Positions 46,445-57,509 are shown, counted from the first letter of the stretch. The stretch is DNA of 64,000 nt from Thermoplasmata archaeon (GCA_041489255.1 JBGPQV010000002.1:191442-255441); one strand, 5' to 3'. The notes: generated by a model from the letters alone, not told the origin. Numbers and translations are program-made.

Positions 46445-49400
46445 ATGGAGTCGAGGCGGGAACCGAGCACGAGGCTGCGAATCGCGTGCATCCTCGTAGT
46501 CGTGATCGTGGCGGCGGGGGGAATCGGAGCTCAGATCGCCGGTAACCTGCCGCCGTCGGATTACGAACTTGTCTCGGGCTCCACCGATGTCTTCCCTTTC
46601 TTCGGCGCAAGATCCGACGCTTTCGTGATCGACGTCCCGCCAGAGACGAGCCAGGGCATGATGCTCGCCCTCTTCTCCCTGCAAGGCCTCGTCAACCGCG
46701 ATGGCGCGCAGATATTCCTCAACACGACCGGAACCGGCAACACATCTTTCCTGCTCCCATTCATCCGGGGGAGATACCCTGTCAACTTCAGCGCAATCCC
46801 GCCCGCCGAATTCCTCCACGATTTCGCCTCATTCGCATCAGGTCTCGTTGTCTACGATTCATCCCGCCCCGATACTATCACTGTCGCGACGGTGATGGCC
46901 GGCCTTGAGAATTGCATCATGGTCGACCCGTCCATTGAGCAGGAAGTCTCGGGGTTGACGGGGCTGTCAATGGCTTATGACCTCCGTCAACCGCCATGGT
47001 CAGGTCTCAGCGCGCTACAGCTGCAGCGCAAATCGTTCGCCGAGTTCTATCCAAGGACATCGAAGAACATCCTCGGGATCATCGCCCCGGACAAGACCGG
47101 ATTGAGGGACTATCTGATTGCTTCCAGAGTCTGGACGTTTTACGCAGGGCAGGGTCCATTCGCGTCACAGGAGGAAATCGACTTCACCAAGGATGTCCTC
47201 GCCTCGACTCCGCACAACATCCCCGTCCTCGGCTGGTTCGAGACTCCGAACCTCGTCGAGGAGAACTTCTTCGTGCAGACTGCCTCGAGAGAGGGCAAGT
47301 TCATCCTCGGCGGGCACAACGTCCCCAACCTCTCGTTCCTTTCTGGTCTATCACCGCCGGCGCCCTTCAGCCAGAAGAGGGTCGTGCCGCCCGCACCTCC
47401 CCTGGCCGATGATGGAATCTACGTAAGCTTCGCGGTTCCCGATGGAGACAACCTCGACTTCGATACGGCGAAGATGCTGGAGGTCTGGCAGGACGACGTG
47501 CGCGGGACAGTGCCGATCGCGTGGAGCATCAGCCCCTTGCTGGCCCAGCTCGCCCCTCCCATTCTTGACTATTACTATTCTGATGCCACGGCGCTCGACT
47601 CCTTCGTGGCAGGCCCGAGCGGGGCTGGATACCTCTATCCCGGATTCGAGCCGCAGAGCGACCTCGAGCAGTACCTCGTCAGGACCCGACGGGCGATGGC
47701 GGCGGCAGACATGGACACCGTCTGGCTCCTCAACGCGTTCAGGGCGTATGAGATACCCTACCGCGAGGAGACTCTGGAAGCGTATGTCAGTGTTCTCTCG
47801 CCGAGAGGGATCATCTTGGACTATGCGGATCAGGCGGTGACCCGTGACGTCTGGATGCAGGGAGGGGAGGGCTCGGCCGCGCCCATAATCCGGTCGACGC
47901 ACCTGTGGAGCGGGGAGGACAACCTTGTCGGTAAAGTGATGGTTGACATAGATGCTGCACCCTCGAAGCCGCACTTCTTCTTTGTCGTTGTGTATCCTTG
48001 GACCCTGCAACTTGGGGAAGCGGTCAAAGCACTTGACGCACTCCATGCCAGATACGGAGATAGAGTAAAGACGGTCTCCGTCGAGAATCTTCTCTCGCTG
48101 GTGACTGGATCGTTCGTCCGCGATGCCGCCGAGACCATCGATCAGGCGCGCGCGAATCCTTTCTCGCTGCTCGACCCCTGGGACATGGATTCGGCCAGTC
48201 AGCTTCTCGATCAAGCGGAGAGAGACGAGGCGCACGGCGACACCAGTCTGTCTGGATTCCATGCGTACACCGCGCTTCAGCACGCTCGACGCGCGGTCGC
48301 TGTCGGCGCGATTGCGGTCTTGATTGTGCTGATTGCGGCTTTCTTCGGTGCCATCATTCTCTTCTCGCGTTTTGGGCGTAAGGCCATTTCCTCTCTGCCT
48401 CCAAGGACGCTCGACTGGCTCCCGCCAGCAACCGCGTCCGTCTTCCTCTTCTATCTATTCTTCGCCGGTCTCCAAAGGGCACTCGACTACAACTTCTGGA
48501 CATACGCCAGCGTGTTCGTGGCGGGTGTCGCCCTCCTCTTCGCCTCGAGGCTTCAATCGCGGTTGGCATCAATCCTGGGCGGATATCTCTGGATCGCAGA
48601 GCTCGGGATCCTGGCGGTGTCGGGGCTTTTCCTGCTCTACGAGCCTTGGGCATTCGTCCCGTTCGCCTGCGCGAATGCGATGCTCCTACTCCGGTTCCTT
48701 GGATTCAAAGGCATGGGGAGAGAGAAGGACGCGATCCTGCTTGGGCTCGGCGTGGCGGGGAGCGTGCTGGTGCGCTTCGATGCGATGAGCCTCGCCTTGT
48801 CGGTGACTATTCTGGTCGGTCTTGGCTACCTGTTGAACCCGCAAGCACCCACTGTTGAGACCGTCAAGGCCAAGGAACGAACACCCGATGTCACGTTCGC
48901 CGCCACGGTCCTGGCGATGACCATCATTTGGCTCGCACTCTTCCAGAACAGGTACTTCTTTGAAAAAGCGGGCGGGGGCCTCGACCTTCCGATTGGCTTG
49001 GCCGTGCTCGCCTTGGTTGCGGCCCCAATCATCGCTCTAGTCGCATGGGGAGCTCTGAAGCAAAACCGCAGGGTCGACGCACTCGTGGCTCTCACGGGCT
49101 CTACCGTCCTCTGGATTGCCCTCTGGTTCGGCCAGGACGCCACAGTCTTCGCAATCCTCGTCATGGCCATTGCCATCACGGTCTGCTGGAGCCATTTGTC
49201 TGCGGTCTCGCGGGTCCGATGGAGCGGCGGCGCGTTGACCAAGTTCGTCCCAAGGCTCCTCATCCTTGGCACGATAGTCGTCGTCCTCGTGCGCATGCCC
49301 GCCATCGTCTACTCGCTATATGTGATGAAGTTCCCGCTGCCAGTCGAATACGTCCTTTACACTCCCGCCCTCCTGATGATCTTCGCCACGTTGGACATCG

Positions 49401-49468
49401 TCCAGACTGAGGCGCTCGTCAGGGCGGTGAAGAGAACACCGAAGAAGAGAATCGAGGAGAATTCCTAG
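46445..49468 (+). CDS. GxGYxYP putative glycoside hydrolase domain fused to a large multi-TM domain
   Basis: SLQGLVNR, DGDNL, PIAWSISP, GPSGAGYLYP; about 12 C-terminal TM helices. Confidence 0.8.
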   Translation: MESRREPSTRLRIACILVVVIVAAGGIGAQIAGNLPPSDYELVSGSTDVFPFFGARSDAFVIDVPPETSQGMMLALFSLQGLVNRDGAQIFLNTTGTGNTSFLLPFIRGRYPVNFSAIPPAEFLHDFASFASGLVVYDSSRPDTITVATVMAGLENCIMVDPSIEQEVSGLTGLSMAYDLRQPPWSGLSALQLQRKSFAEFYPRTSKNILGIIAPDKTGLRDYLIASRVWTFYAGQGPFASQEEIDFTKDVLASTPHNIPVLGWFETPNLVEENFFVQTASREGKFILGGHNVPNLSFLSGLSPPAPFSQKRVVPPAPPLADDGIYVSFAVPDGDNLDFDTAKMLEVWQDDVRGTVPIAWSISPLLAQLAPPILDYYYSDATALDSFVAGPSGAGYLYPGFEPQSDLEQYLVRTRRAMAAADMDTVWLLNAFRAYEIPYREETLEAYVSVLSPRGIILDYADQAVTRDVWMQGGEGSAAPIIRSTHLWSGEDNLVGKVMVDIDAAPSKPHFFFVVVYPWTLQLGEAVKALDALHARYGDRVKTVSVENLLSLVTGSFVRDAAETIDQARANPFSLLDPWDMDSASQLLDQAERDEAHGDTSLSGFHAYTALQHARRAVAVGAIAVLIVLIAAFFGAIILFSRFGRKAISSLPPRTLDWLPPATASVFLFYLFFAGLQRALDYNFWTYASVFVAGVALLFASRLQSRLASILGGYLWIAELGILAVSGLFLLYEPWAFVPFACANAMLLLRFLGFKGMGREKDAILLGLGVAGSVLVRFDAMSLALSVTILVGLGYLLNPQAPTVETVKAKERTPDVTFAATVLAMTIIWLALFQNRYFFEKAGGGLDLPIGLAVLALVAAPIIALVAWGALKQNRRVDALVALTGSTVLWIALWFGQDATVFAILVMAIAITVCWSHLSAVSRVRWSGGALTKFVPRLLILGTIVVVLVRMPAIVYSLYVMKFPLPVEYVLYTPALLMIFATLDIVQTEALVRAVKRTPKKRIEENS

Positions 49469-49480
49469 GCCGGCGAATCC

Positions 49481-50125
49481 TTACTTCGGGACCTTCGCCC
49501 AGTCCTTCTTGAAGCGCGCGATCCCGACATCAGTCAACGAGTGCCCGACCATCTTCTTCAGGACGTCGAACGGCACCGTGCAGATGTCGGCGCCTAACAT
49601 CGCGGCGGAGAGAACGTGGATGGGGTGGCGGATGCTCGCGACGAGTATCTCGCAGTCGAATTCGTAGTTGAAGAAGACCGTCACGAGCTCCCTCACGAGG
49701 TCCATTCCGACCTGCCCCTGGTCGTCCAGACGGCCGATGAACGGGCTCACGTAGTTTGTGCCGGCCTTGACGGCCAGCAACGCCTGGTTCGCGGAGAATA
49801 TCAAGGTCGTGTTGGTCTTGATGTTCTCCGCCCTGCAGCGCTTGATCGCTTTCAGACCTTCGGTGGTTATCGGGATCTTGACGACGACGTTCTTGTGAAT
49901 CGCTGACAGCACTCGCGCCTCCGCGACCAAACCATCAGCGTCGTCTGATGTCGCCTCGAGGCTTATCGGGCCGTCGACTATCGCCGTGATGTCCCTCACC
50001 ACCTCGGCGAACTTCCTGCCGGTCTTCGCGACCAGCGTCGGGTTCGTCGTTACGCCGTCTATTATGCCCCAGCTCGCAGCCTCTCTGATCTCGCTTATGT
50101 CAGCCGTGTCCAGGAATATCTTCAT
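49481..50125 (-). CDS. tal: Transaldolase / fructose-6-phosphate aldolase
   Basis: [39 protein letters not shown]. Confidence 0.95.
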   Translation of the reverse strand: MKIFLDTADISEIREAASWGIIDGVTTNPTLVAKTGRKFAEVVRDITAIVDGPISLEATSDDADGLVAEARVLSAIHKNVVVKIPITTEGLKAIKRCRAENIKTNTTLIFSANQALLAVKAGTNYVSPFIGRLDDQGQVGMDLVRELVTVFFNYEFDCEILVASIRHPIHVLSAAMLGADICTVPFDVLKKMVGHSLTDVGIARFKKDWAKVPK

Positions 50126-50130
50126 CGGAA

Positions 50131-51087
50131 TCATCCTCCCCTCAGCTTCACTACTTTCATCGCCGCCTCGGCTATCTTGGCGGCGGTCAGACCATACTTC
50201 TGAAGGAGCGACTCGGCATCGCCGCTCTCACCGAAGTGGTCCGGCATGCCGACGAATTCCATCGGCACGGGCCTGGTGCGCGCAACTTCCACCGCCACCG
50301 CGCTGCCCATGCCGTGCAGCACGCTGTGCTCTTCCGCGGTGACTATCGCCCCGGTGTCCTTGGCGGCCTTGCGTATCGCATCGACGTCAAGCGGCTTGAC
50401 CGTGCTCATGTTCACGACCCTCGCGTCGATGCCCTCGGCATCGAGCGACTTTGCGGCTTCGACGCACATCGCTACCATGATGCCGCAGCCTATGAGGGCC
50501 ACGTCGGAACCATCGCGGATCGTAGATGCCTTCCCGATAGTGAAGGAGTCGTCTGCCGATGTGACTGTCGGGACGTTCGAGCGCGCGAAGCGACAGTAGG
50601 TTGGCCCATTCCAATATGCCGCCGCATGGACCGTCCTCGCGGTCTCTGGAGCGTCGCAGGGCACCATCACCGCCATGTTCGGCAGCCCGCGCATCAACGC
50701 GATGTCCTCGTTCATCTGATGAGTCGCGCCGTCCGGGCCGACGCTCGTGCCAGCGTGGCTGCAGAAGATCTTAACGTTGAGCTTGGGATAGGCGACGCTC
50801 TGGCGGATGACGCTGTAAACCTGGGCGGTTCCGAAGACCGCGTACGTGGCGGCGATTGCGATCTTGCCCGACGATGCGAGACCCGCCGCAATCCCGATCA
50901 TGTTCTGCTCGGCAATCCCTATGTTGAACAGCCTGTCAGGGAACTCCTTCCCGAACAATGAGGTCTTGAGCGACTCGGTCGTGTCTGCACCGACAACGAC
51001 CACGCCAGGATTCGCGCGCCCCAGCTCGAGAACGGCCTTGCCGAAGTAATCGCGCTGCGATTCCGTCTTCCAGACGATACCGGTCAT
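50131..51087 (-). CDS. Transketolase, C-terminal subunit
   Basis: [21 protein letters not shown]. Confidence 0.95.
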   Translation of the reverse strand: MTGIVWKTESQRDYFGKAVLELGRANPGVVVVGADTTESLKTSLFGKEFPDRLFNIGIAEQNMIGIAAGLASSGKIAIAATYAVFGTAQVYSVIRQSVAYPKLNVKIFCSHAGTSVGPDGATHQMNEDIALMRGLPNMAVMVPCDAPETARTVHAAAYWNGPTYCRFARSNVPTVTSADDSFTIGKASTIRDGSDVALIGCGIMVAMCVEAAKSLDAEGIDARVVNMSTVKPLDVDAIRKAAKDTGAIVTAEEHSVLHGMGSAVAVEVARTRPVPMEFVGMPDHFGESGDAESLLQKYGLTAAKIAEAAMKVVKLRGG

Positions 51088-51920
51088 GCCGGTTCCCCCA
51101 GTTCGGCGAGTGCGCGTTTCAGCTCGTCGTCCGTCGGAGCGCTACCGTGGAACTTGACTACATTCTCCATGAAGCTGACGCCCTTGCCCTTCACGGTCCT
51201 CGCGATTATGGCGGTAGGCCTGCCCTTCGTCGCCTTCGCCTCGTCCAGCGCCGACAGTATCTGGCGCATGTCATGGCCGTCGATTCCAATCGCGTGCCAT
51301 TTGAACGCCATCCATTTCTCCGCCAGCGGCTCCAGGGACATTATCTTCTCCGTCGGTCCCTCCTGCTGGAGGCCGTTGCGGTCGATTATGGCGGTGAGGT
51401 TGTCGAGCTTGAAGTGGGGCGCGGCCATCGCTGCCTCCCATGTCTGGCCGACATCGTTCTCCCCGTCGCCCAGGAGGACATAGACGCGGGTCGGGCTCTT
51501 GTCCAGGCGCGCCGCCAATGCCATGCCGATGCCGAAGCTGAGTCCCTGTCCCTCTGCGCCTGCGCACGCCTCGATGCCCGGGACAGTCCCCCTTTCCGGG
51601 TGGCCCTGCAGCCTCGAACCGAACTTCCTCAGAGTCGTCAGCTCCTCGACCGGGAGGAATCCCTTCTCAGCCAGCGCGGCGTAGAGGATCGGCGCTGCGT
51701 GCCCCTTGCTGAGGACGAACCTGTCTCTCTGCGGCCAATCGGGATTCTTCGGGTCGACGTTGAGTATGTGGAAATAGAGCGCGGTGATGATATCCGTGCA
51801 GGAGAGCGATCCGCCGGGGTGTCCCGATTTGGCGGCGTGGGTCATCTTCAGCACATGCCGCCTGAGAAGACGTGCCTTTTCCTCCAGAGAAGCAATCAAT
51901 TTGGGGTCGTAATCCTGCAT
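51084..51920 (-). CDS. Transketolase, N-terminal subunit
   Basis: SGHPGGSLS, RDRFVLSKGHA, LQGHP, GDGE, TVKGKG. Confidence 0.95.
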   Translation of the reverse strand: MQDYDPKLIASLEEKARLLRRHVLKMTHAAKSGHPGGSLSCTDIITALYFHILNVDPKNPDWPQRDRFVLSKGHAAPILYAALAEKGFLPVEELTTLRKFGSRLQGHPERGTVPGIEACAGAEGQGLSFGIGMALAARLDKSPTRVYVLLGDGENDVGQTWEAAMAAPHFKLDNLTAIIDRNGLQQEGPTEKIMSLEPLAEKWMAFKWHAIGIDGHDMRQILSALDEAKATKGRPTAIIARTVKGKGVSFMENVVKFHGSAPTDDELKRALAELGEPA

Positions 51921-52014
51921 GGAGACAGCTCCACCCCCGAGGGACGGCGGGGGTATTGGCCGGGATAGTTATAGCTTTGTTCGGCGGCGATTGAGCGAGA
52001 CTAATCGTCCCTAA

Positions 52015-52953
52015 TCAAAGCGCCTCGAGCTTCAGAGATTCGATTGCCTTGTTCAATCGAGACAACTCCTTCGAAGTGAGGTCCCAGCCAAATGCACCCG
52101 CGTTGTGCTCGGCCTGCTTCGGTGTCTTGGCACCGGGAATCGGCACTACCCTATCCTTCTTCAAGAGCCAGTTGAGAGCGACTTGGGGCGCGCTCTTCCC
52201 GTGCGCTTTCCCGACCTCCTCCAGCTGCTTCACCAGACCGTTGATCGCCTCGATGTTCCGAGGTCTGAAGAAGTAGTGATGCTCCCTCACAGCGTCCTTC
52301 GGAGTCTTGTCCTTCGAGTACTTGCCCGTGAGGGCTCCTTCGCCGAGCGGTGCCCAGGCGAGGACCGTGATCTTCTCCTTCTGGCAGTAGGGCAGAACCT
52401 CCTTTTCGATCTCGCGGTGGATCATGCTGTACTGCACCTGGTTCGATGAGATGTCGGTTGAAGAGAGAGCGCTGCGGGCTTCCTCCATGTCTCTCACGGC
52501 GAAGTTGCTGACGCCGATTGCGCGTATTTTGCCTTCCTTGTGCAGCTTCTCGAGAGCCTTCATCGTCTCCTTGAGTGGCACCTGCTCCCAAACACTCGGC
52601 CAATGGATCTGGTAGAGGTCGATGACGTCGGTCCCGAGCCGCTTCAAGCTTGCGTCGCATGCCTTCAGGACTTCGTCGTGACGGAGATGGCTTCCCGCCA
52701 CCTTCGTCGCCACGACCATCTCGTCCCGCCCGATTTCCGCGAGGGCCTTGCTCAGGACTTCTTCAGAATGACCATTTCCGTAGACTTCGGCGGAGTCGAC
52801 GAAGTTGATGCCGAGATTATGCGCCTTGATTATGGCGGCGATGCAATCCGCGTCCCTGACATCCTCGCCCCATTGCTTGCCGCCTGCCTGCCACGCGCCG
52901 ATGCCCAGACGCGAGATCTTGATGCCGCTCCTGCCGAGCTCAGTCTGCTCCAT
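52015..52953 (-). CDS. Aldo/keto reductase
   Basis: DSAEVYGNG, ATK, IDLYQIHWP, IGVSNF, IPGA. Confidence 0.95.
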   Translation of the reverse strand: MEQTELGRSGIKISRLGIGAWQAGGKQWGEDVRDADCIAAIIKAHNLGINFVDSAEVYGNGHSEEVLSKALAEIGRDEMVVATKVAGSHLRHDEVLKACDASLKRLGTDVIDLYQIHWPSVWEQVPLKETMKALEKLHKEGKIRAIGVSNFAVRDMEEARSALSSTDISSNQVQYSMIHREIEKEVLPYCQKEKITVLAWAPLGEGALTGKYSKDKTPKDAVREHHYFFRPRNIEAINGLVKQLEEVGKAHGKSAPQVALNWLLKKDRVVPIPGAKTPKQAEHNAGAFGWDLTSKELSRLNKAIESLKLEAL

Positions 52954-53106
52954 AAGAACACCGGCAGCCCCTATGCACCCCGCGCGGAAAAGGTTTGCAT
53001 GTCGGTTCTAGAAAGGGCTAGGTTTAAATATGGGCGTGATATGTAGTAACGCTAGGTAAGTAGCGAGGTGATGTATATCGCCTCGCACACAAAGGAAGGC
53101 GGAAGA

Positions 53107-54462
53107 ATGAGGAAAGCGGAAATCGTCATGGTCTTGACCGTCGTGCTCTTGGCAACACCGCTGTTGGCGGGAGTCGCGAGCGCGGGAGACAGCACGAACA
53201 ACACGATTACGCCCTCGGTCGAGCAGGGCACGACCGACCGGCTTGGCGGCGGTGACTGGGTCGTCGTTCATGCCGGCAACACGAACTTCGGCGTCGTCTA
53301 TGGGACGACTCAGGATCCGAACAAGCTGTACATCTTTGCAGATTACAGGAGGTACATCGCAGGCGTCGATTACTACGACGCTCAGGGCGATTTCATCAAG
53401 ACTCAGGGGGTCCCTGTGTGGACCGTCTTTGCCCAGAGCCTCGACAGGTTTGTCGAGTTCAAGGACACCGACGGCAACCACCGCTTCGACATGAGGTTGT
53501 GGGATGGCATGATGGAAAACCATGACATCCCGGTGAAGAGCCTGAACCTCGTCCAAGCGTGGACGCTCAGCGACTTGACGGACGAGACTGTCGGCAATGT
53601 CATGTTTGTGAATTTCACCCTGAGCATTTCCGACACGCAGTACTCGTACATGTGGAATGAAATGCGGAGGAGACCGGAAGGGGCCAATGCATCTCTCGGC
53701 GATGTCGCACAGATCGCCTTCACGTTCCACATCCGCGTCGCTGTCGAGGATTCGACGACGGTCATCCCTTGGTTCAACGTCACCATAGATGGCGGTGATC
53801 AAAGGCGCGTCGTCGACCGCAGCTTCGCGGGATGGCGGGAATTCACAGGCCAGAGCGTGAACATGAGCGTGAAGTACGATCAGTACATCGAGGGCTGGGA
53901 CTTCGCCAGCGACGAGTCGAACCTGCTCCTCGAGACGCATATGATGTTCGGCAACGTCGTGCCTAGCGAGGTGCTCAACCGCTTCAGGATGGGAGAAGGC
54001 AACAGGGTCTGCGATCGCGACTGCATGGAACACAACAGGGAATTCGGAAATGACACCAGGAACATCCCCAGCGATCCGAGGGACGTGCGGGCTGAGGACG
54101 GCCAAGGCGCGATAACCTTCGCGGATGACTGGGAGCGCATTGGACGGTTCACATGGTCCTCCGATGTGGCCATCGACGGGCAACAGGAGGACATGTACTT
54201 CCAAGTGCACGGAGGCGGACCCTTTTCGTTCGAATACAACCGCGTGACCTTCGTCGGCATGCACATCCTAGGGGCGTTCGTCTACCCAGCGGGCAACGCG
54301 ATATTCCACGACCCCGGGTTTGACGCCGCGGCGTACCAGATCAGCATACCGGGTGTCACCAACCTAGCGCCGACGACGGTGCTGTTCTTGCAGCTCATCG
54401 TGGTCACTATCGCGGTGGTCCTGGCGGTGATCCTCAAGGTGCGAAGGAAGGGGCAGCACTAG
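53107..54462 (+). CDS. Secreted, C-terminally anchored hypothetical surface protein
   Basis: Signal peptide, beta-rich body ending IFHDP, TM followed by KVRRK. Confidence 0.8.
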   Translation: MRKAEIVMVLTVVLLATPLLAGVASAGDSTNNTITPSVEQGTTDRLGGGDWVVVHAGNTNFGVVYGTTQDPNKLYIFADYRRYIAGVDYYDAQGDFIKTQGVPVWTVFAQSLDRFVEFKDTDGNHRFDMRLWDGMMENHDIPVKSLNLVQAWTLSDLTDETVGNVMFVNFTLSISDTQYSYMWNEMRRRPEGANASLGDVAQIAFTFHIRVAVEDSTTVIPWFNVTIDGGDQRRVVDRSFAGWREFTGQSVNMSVKYDQYIEGWDFASDESNLLLETHMMFGNVVPSEVLNRFRMGEGNRVCDRDCMEHNREFGNDTRNIPSDPRDVRAEDGQGAITFADDWERIGRFTWSSDVAIDGQQEDMYFQVHGGGPFSFEYNRVTFVGMHILGAFVYPAGNAIFHDPGFDAAAYQISIPGVTNLAPTTVLFLQLIVVTIAVVLAVILKVRRKGQH

Positions 54463-54588
54463 CCCCTGCCACATACTAATCGGAGATGAGGAGAAAATGA
54501 GAGGGGAGAAGGTCAAGGAGACGAAGGGGAACCAATCGGTCTATCTGATGGTGCTTCAGTTGATAAAATCAAAGGAGGAGAAACACAG

Positions 54589-56070
54589 ATGATCGGAGCA
54601 GCGAAGATTGCGGCGGCGATTATGCTTGGAGTGGCACTGACCGCCACGGTGGCGGTCGGGGTCGTGCTGCCGGCGGCTTCTCAGTCGCCGGTCTCGACCC
54701 TGGACGATGCGAACACCGGCGATCCGTCACTGGCCATGCCGGAGCCGACGATCGCGACACCGGTATCGATCGGGGACCAAGACATGTTCCTGGTCGACGA
54801 TCCCGGGGCGCTTGTCGACTTAGGGGAGCAACGGCAGAACCCCGACGGTTCCATGCCGGTCGCGATAGGCCTGGCGGCGAGATGGGGGTTCCTCGACGAC
54901 CCCGCGATGGCGTCGCTCGGCGGCCGATGGCATCTAATCGATAGCACTTCTGGCGCGTTCGCGGGCGGATGGCAGGCGTTCGGAAGGCGCGCGCACGGCC
55001 AGATGTGGGGAGACTTTGACATCGCCAGGGACGGGCAGCATGGTCCGCTCGCGGGCAAATGGCAGGCGGATGGCGGTGTCGCCGGAGGATACCTCGCGGG
55101 ATTCTGGCAGCGAATGGACGGCAGGCCGGGCGGGACTTTCTGGGGACGCTGGAACTTCACGAGCGGCAGGCCCGGCGGGGTCCTCAACGGGATGTGGTCC
55201 GCCATCGAGCGCGGCAAGGGCGAGTTCCGCGGGATGGCGATAAACGCCCCGACCACGGACATGTTGCCCTGGGACGGCTTCGTCAGGGTCAGCGAGGGCG
55301 GGGTCAAGCTTGCCCGAGAGGTCAGGTTCGAGCACGGCGGCAACTACAGGGAGGGCGGGGACGACCTAGTGTACAGGCAACAGGAGAGGCAGACGCTCGC
55401 CTGGCAGTCGTCAACGACCGTCAACTGGGACGGGCTCATCGTGGGCATGCTCGTTCCGAACCGCGCCACGAAAATCGTCTTCAAGACGGAGCAGTGGTCC
55501 AGGGAGTTCACGGCAAGCGAGCTGGTCGGCATGCACGTACGAGTTCCCGTGGACCGCATGGGGCACGAGATAGAGCTCAGAGGTTTCCTGATCCCTCCGC
55601 CTCGGCGCGAATGCGGTGAGGGGAACACGGTGAAGGTGACCCTCGGAGTGAGATGGGGCTACCTCGACGAGCGGCCGAATCCAGACAGCGAGATGACCAT
55701 GCCCGAGACTCAGGACGGATACTTCGCGACCTGGAATGGGTTCGTGGAGGTCAGCAGGGGCGGCGTCGCTCTCAAGACTGTTCTCAACTGGGAGAAAGGC
55801 GGAGACTACAGGGACGGGAAGGATGACTTCGTCTACCCTAGGAACAACAGACTGACCATCGAGTGGCGGTCTTCCACCACCGATGACTGGGACGGTGTCG
55901 TGGCGGTGGCGTGCGTCCCCATGATGCGCGGAATGCCGCTGCCTCACGTGACCATACACACGGACCAGTGGTCTCACGTCTACAGCCTCGACGAGCTTCG
56001 CGGGCTGAACGAGATGTACCAGGTGGATCGCTTCGGGCACGAGGTGCAGGTGGTCGCCTGGGTCTCGTAG
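54589..56070 (+). CDS. Secreted protein with a duplicated domain and GxW repeats
   Basis: AGGAGGAG RBS; internal duplication RWGFLD/RWGYLD, WDGFV/WNGFV, SSTTVNWDG/SSTTDDWDG, VDRMGHE/VDRFGHE. Confidence 0.82.
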   Translation: MIGAAKIAAAIMLGVALTATVAVGVVLPAASQSPVSTLDDANTGDPSLAMPEPTIATPVSIGDQDMFLVDDPGALVDLGEQRQNPDGSMPVAIGLAARWGFLDDPAMASLGGRWHLIDSTSGAFAGGWQAFGRRAHGQMWGDFDIARDGQHGPLAGKWQADGGVAGGYLAGFWQRMDGRPGGTFWGRWNFTSGRPGGVLNGMWSAIERGKGEFRGMAINAPTTDMLPWDGFVRVSEGGVKLAREVRFEHGGNYREGGDDLVYRQQERQTLAWQSSTTVNWDGLIVGMLVPNRATKIVFKTEQWSREFTASELVGMHVRVPVDRMGHEIELRGFLIPPPRRECGEGNTVKVTLGVRWGYLDERPNPDSEMTMPETQDGYFATWNGFVEVSRGGVALKTVLNWEKGGDYRDGKDDFVYPRNNRLTIEWRSSTTDDWDGVVAVACVPMMRGMPLPHVTIHTDQWSHVYSLDELRGLNEMYQVDRFGHEVQVVAWVS

Positions 56071-56084
56071 GTTATCCCCCCCCA

Positions 56085-56110
56085 GGGGCGGGTTCCTCGG
56101 AGCCCGCCCC
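56085..56110. terminator. GC-rich hairpin downstream of 54589..56070
   Basis: GGGGCGGGTTC-CTCG-GAGCCCGCCCC. Confidence 0.5.
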
Positions 56111-56166
56111 ATCTCATAGTTTGCGCTAGCGCTCAAATACGAGGCAGGGGATACGAGGCCCGTCGA

Positions 56167-56514
56167 ATGTCCGAGATATCCCAGGAATGGATCGCGGAAC
56201 TGAAGAAGGGCTCGGTGCAACTGTTGCTGCTCTCCCTCCTCGTCAAGGAAGAGAAGTACGGCCTGGAAATCACCAAGGAACTTAGGGTACTGTCGGGTGG
56301 ATATTTTGACCTGAAAGAGGGGACGCTCTATCCGGCGCTGCGTCGCCTCGAACAGAGGGGCTTCGTCGAGAGCCATTGGGTCGAGAAGGAGAGCGGCATG
56401 CCCAGGAAATACTACAAGCTGACCGAAAAGGGTCGCACCGCGTTCAAGGAGGCGTCCGAGGTCTGGACGAACCTGAGCGCGAGCTGCCGCAGGGTCCTGG
56501 AGGCCGCTAGATGA
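56167..56514 (+). CDS. PadR family transcriptional regulator
   Basis: YGLEI, EGTLYPALRRLE, RKYYKLTEKG. Confidence 0.93.
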   Translation: MSEISQEWIAELKKGSVQLLLLSLLVKEEKYGLEITKELRVLSGGYFDLKEGTLYPALRRLEQRGFVESHWVEKESGMPRKYYKLTEKGRTAFKEASEVWTNLSASCRRVLEAAR

Positions 56515-57089
56515 ACGGCGAGGAATCGTATCTCAGGGACGTCTCGAGCCGCCTCACCGGGATGGACTCGAGGGTCAAGAGCGACGTCATCATGGAGCTC
56601 AAGGCCCACATCGCGGACCTGGTGCGGGCGAATGGCGGGAACATCTCGGCGGTGATGATGAACCTGGAGCCGCCGGCCGATGTCGCCAAGAGGTACAAGC
56701 AGCTCTACGGTTACGGCACGCCCTTCAAGGTGCTCTTCATCTTGATCGCCGCGGCCTTGGCGGTGCCGACGCTCCCCGTCCTCCAGATCAGGGGCGAGGA
56801 GGTCATGATCCCCGTTCTGATCTCGCTGATCTTCCTGAGCCTCCTCGTCGTGCTGCTCATCTTAGTGGCCGTGAAGGCGGGCAAGAGAGTGGGCTTATTG
56901 GCGGGACTCGTGGCCTGTTTCACCAGGCTCGGGCTATTCGGACTGCTGATTCTAGCTGGAGGAGAGGATATCGTCCTGCAAAGCGGCGGGGTCGGGCTCC
57001 TTATCGTCGTTTCCTTCCTACTGATATTCGTGGGCTTCATCCCGGGTGAAGCCAAGGCAAGATGGACGAAGCCGACCGGCGAGATCTAG
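56511..57089 (+). CDS. PadR-associated membrane protein (HAAS/DUF1700-like N-terminus)
   Basis: YL..V...L...DVIMELKAHI..PADVAK followed by 4 TM helices; ATGA overlap with padR. Confidence 0.75.
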   Translation: MNGEESYLRDVSSRLTGMDSRVKSDVIMELKAHIADLVRANGGNISAVMMNLEPPADVAKRYKQLYGYGTPFKVLFILIAAALAVPTLPVLQIRGEEVMIPVLISLIFLSLLVVLLILVAVKAGKRVGLLAGLVACFTRLGLFGLLILAGGEDIVLQSGGVGLLIVVSFLLIFVGFIPGEAKARWTKPTGEI

Positions 57090-57505
57090 TCGCGCTTGCG
57101 TCCCAGCTTCCTCTTGAAGTCGGCGACAATCTCTGAATGATCGAAGGCCAGTCGCGGAATCTTTGAGATAGGGGACAACATGGCGGCGGCAGCGTCCGAA
57201 CCGCCCTTCATCCTCCCGCCAACCTTCCTGAGTTCGTAGACGGCGCTGACTGTGTGCCCTCGCGGGTCCCTACCGGGGGTCGAATAGACTCCGAACAAGG
57301 TGAACACCTTGGTCCTCAGGGCGGTCTCCTCGAGGACTTCGCGGACGACGGCCTGCTCGGTGGTCTCCCCGTACTCGACGAATCCGCCAGGCAGCGCATA
57401 GCGCCCTTTGTACGGCTCGTTGCCCCGCCTGACAAGGACGAGCTTGCCGTCGATCAGGATCAGCGCATCGACCGCAAGACGCGGCCTGTCCGTCCATCGG
57501 AACAT
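57086..57505 (-). CDS. Nudix hydrolase
   Basis: GGFVEYGETTEQAVVREVLEET, RDPRGH, LAFDH. Confidence 0.93.
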   Translation of the reverse strand: MFRWTDRPRLAVDALILIDGKLVLVRRGNEPYKGRYALPGGFVEYGETTEQAVVREVLEETALRTKVFTLFGVYSTPGRDPRGHTVSAVYELRKVGGRMKGGSDAAAAMLSPISKIPRLAFDHSEIVADFKRKLGRKRD

Positions 57506-57509
57506 GAAC

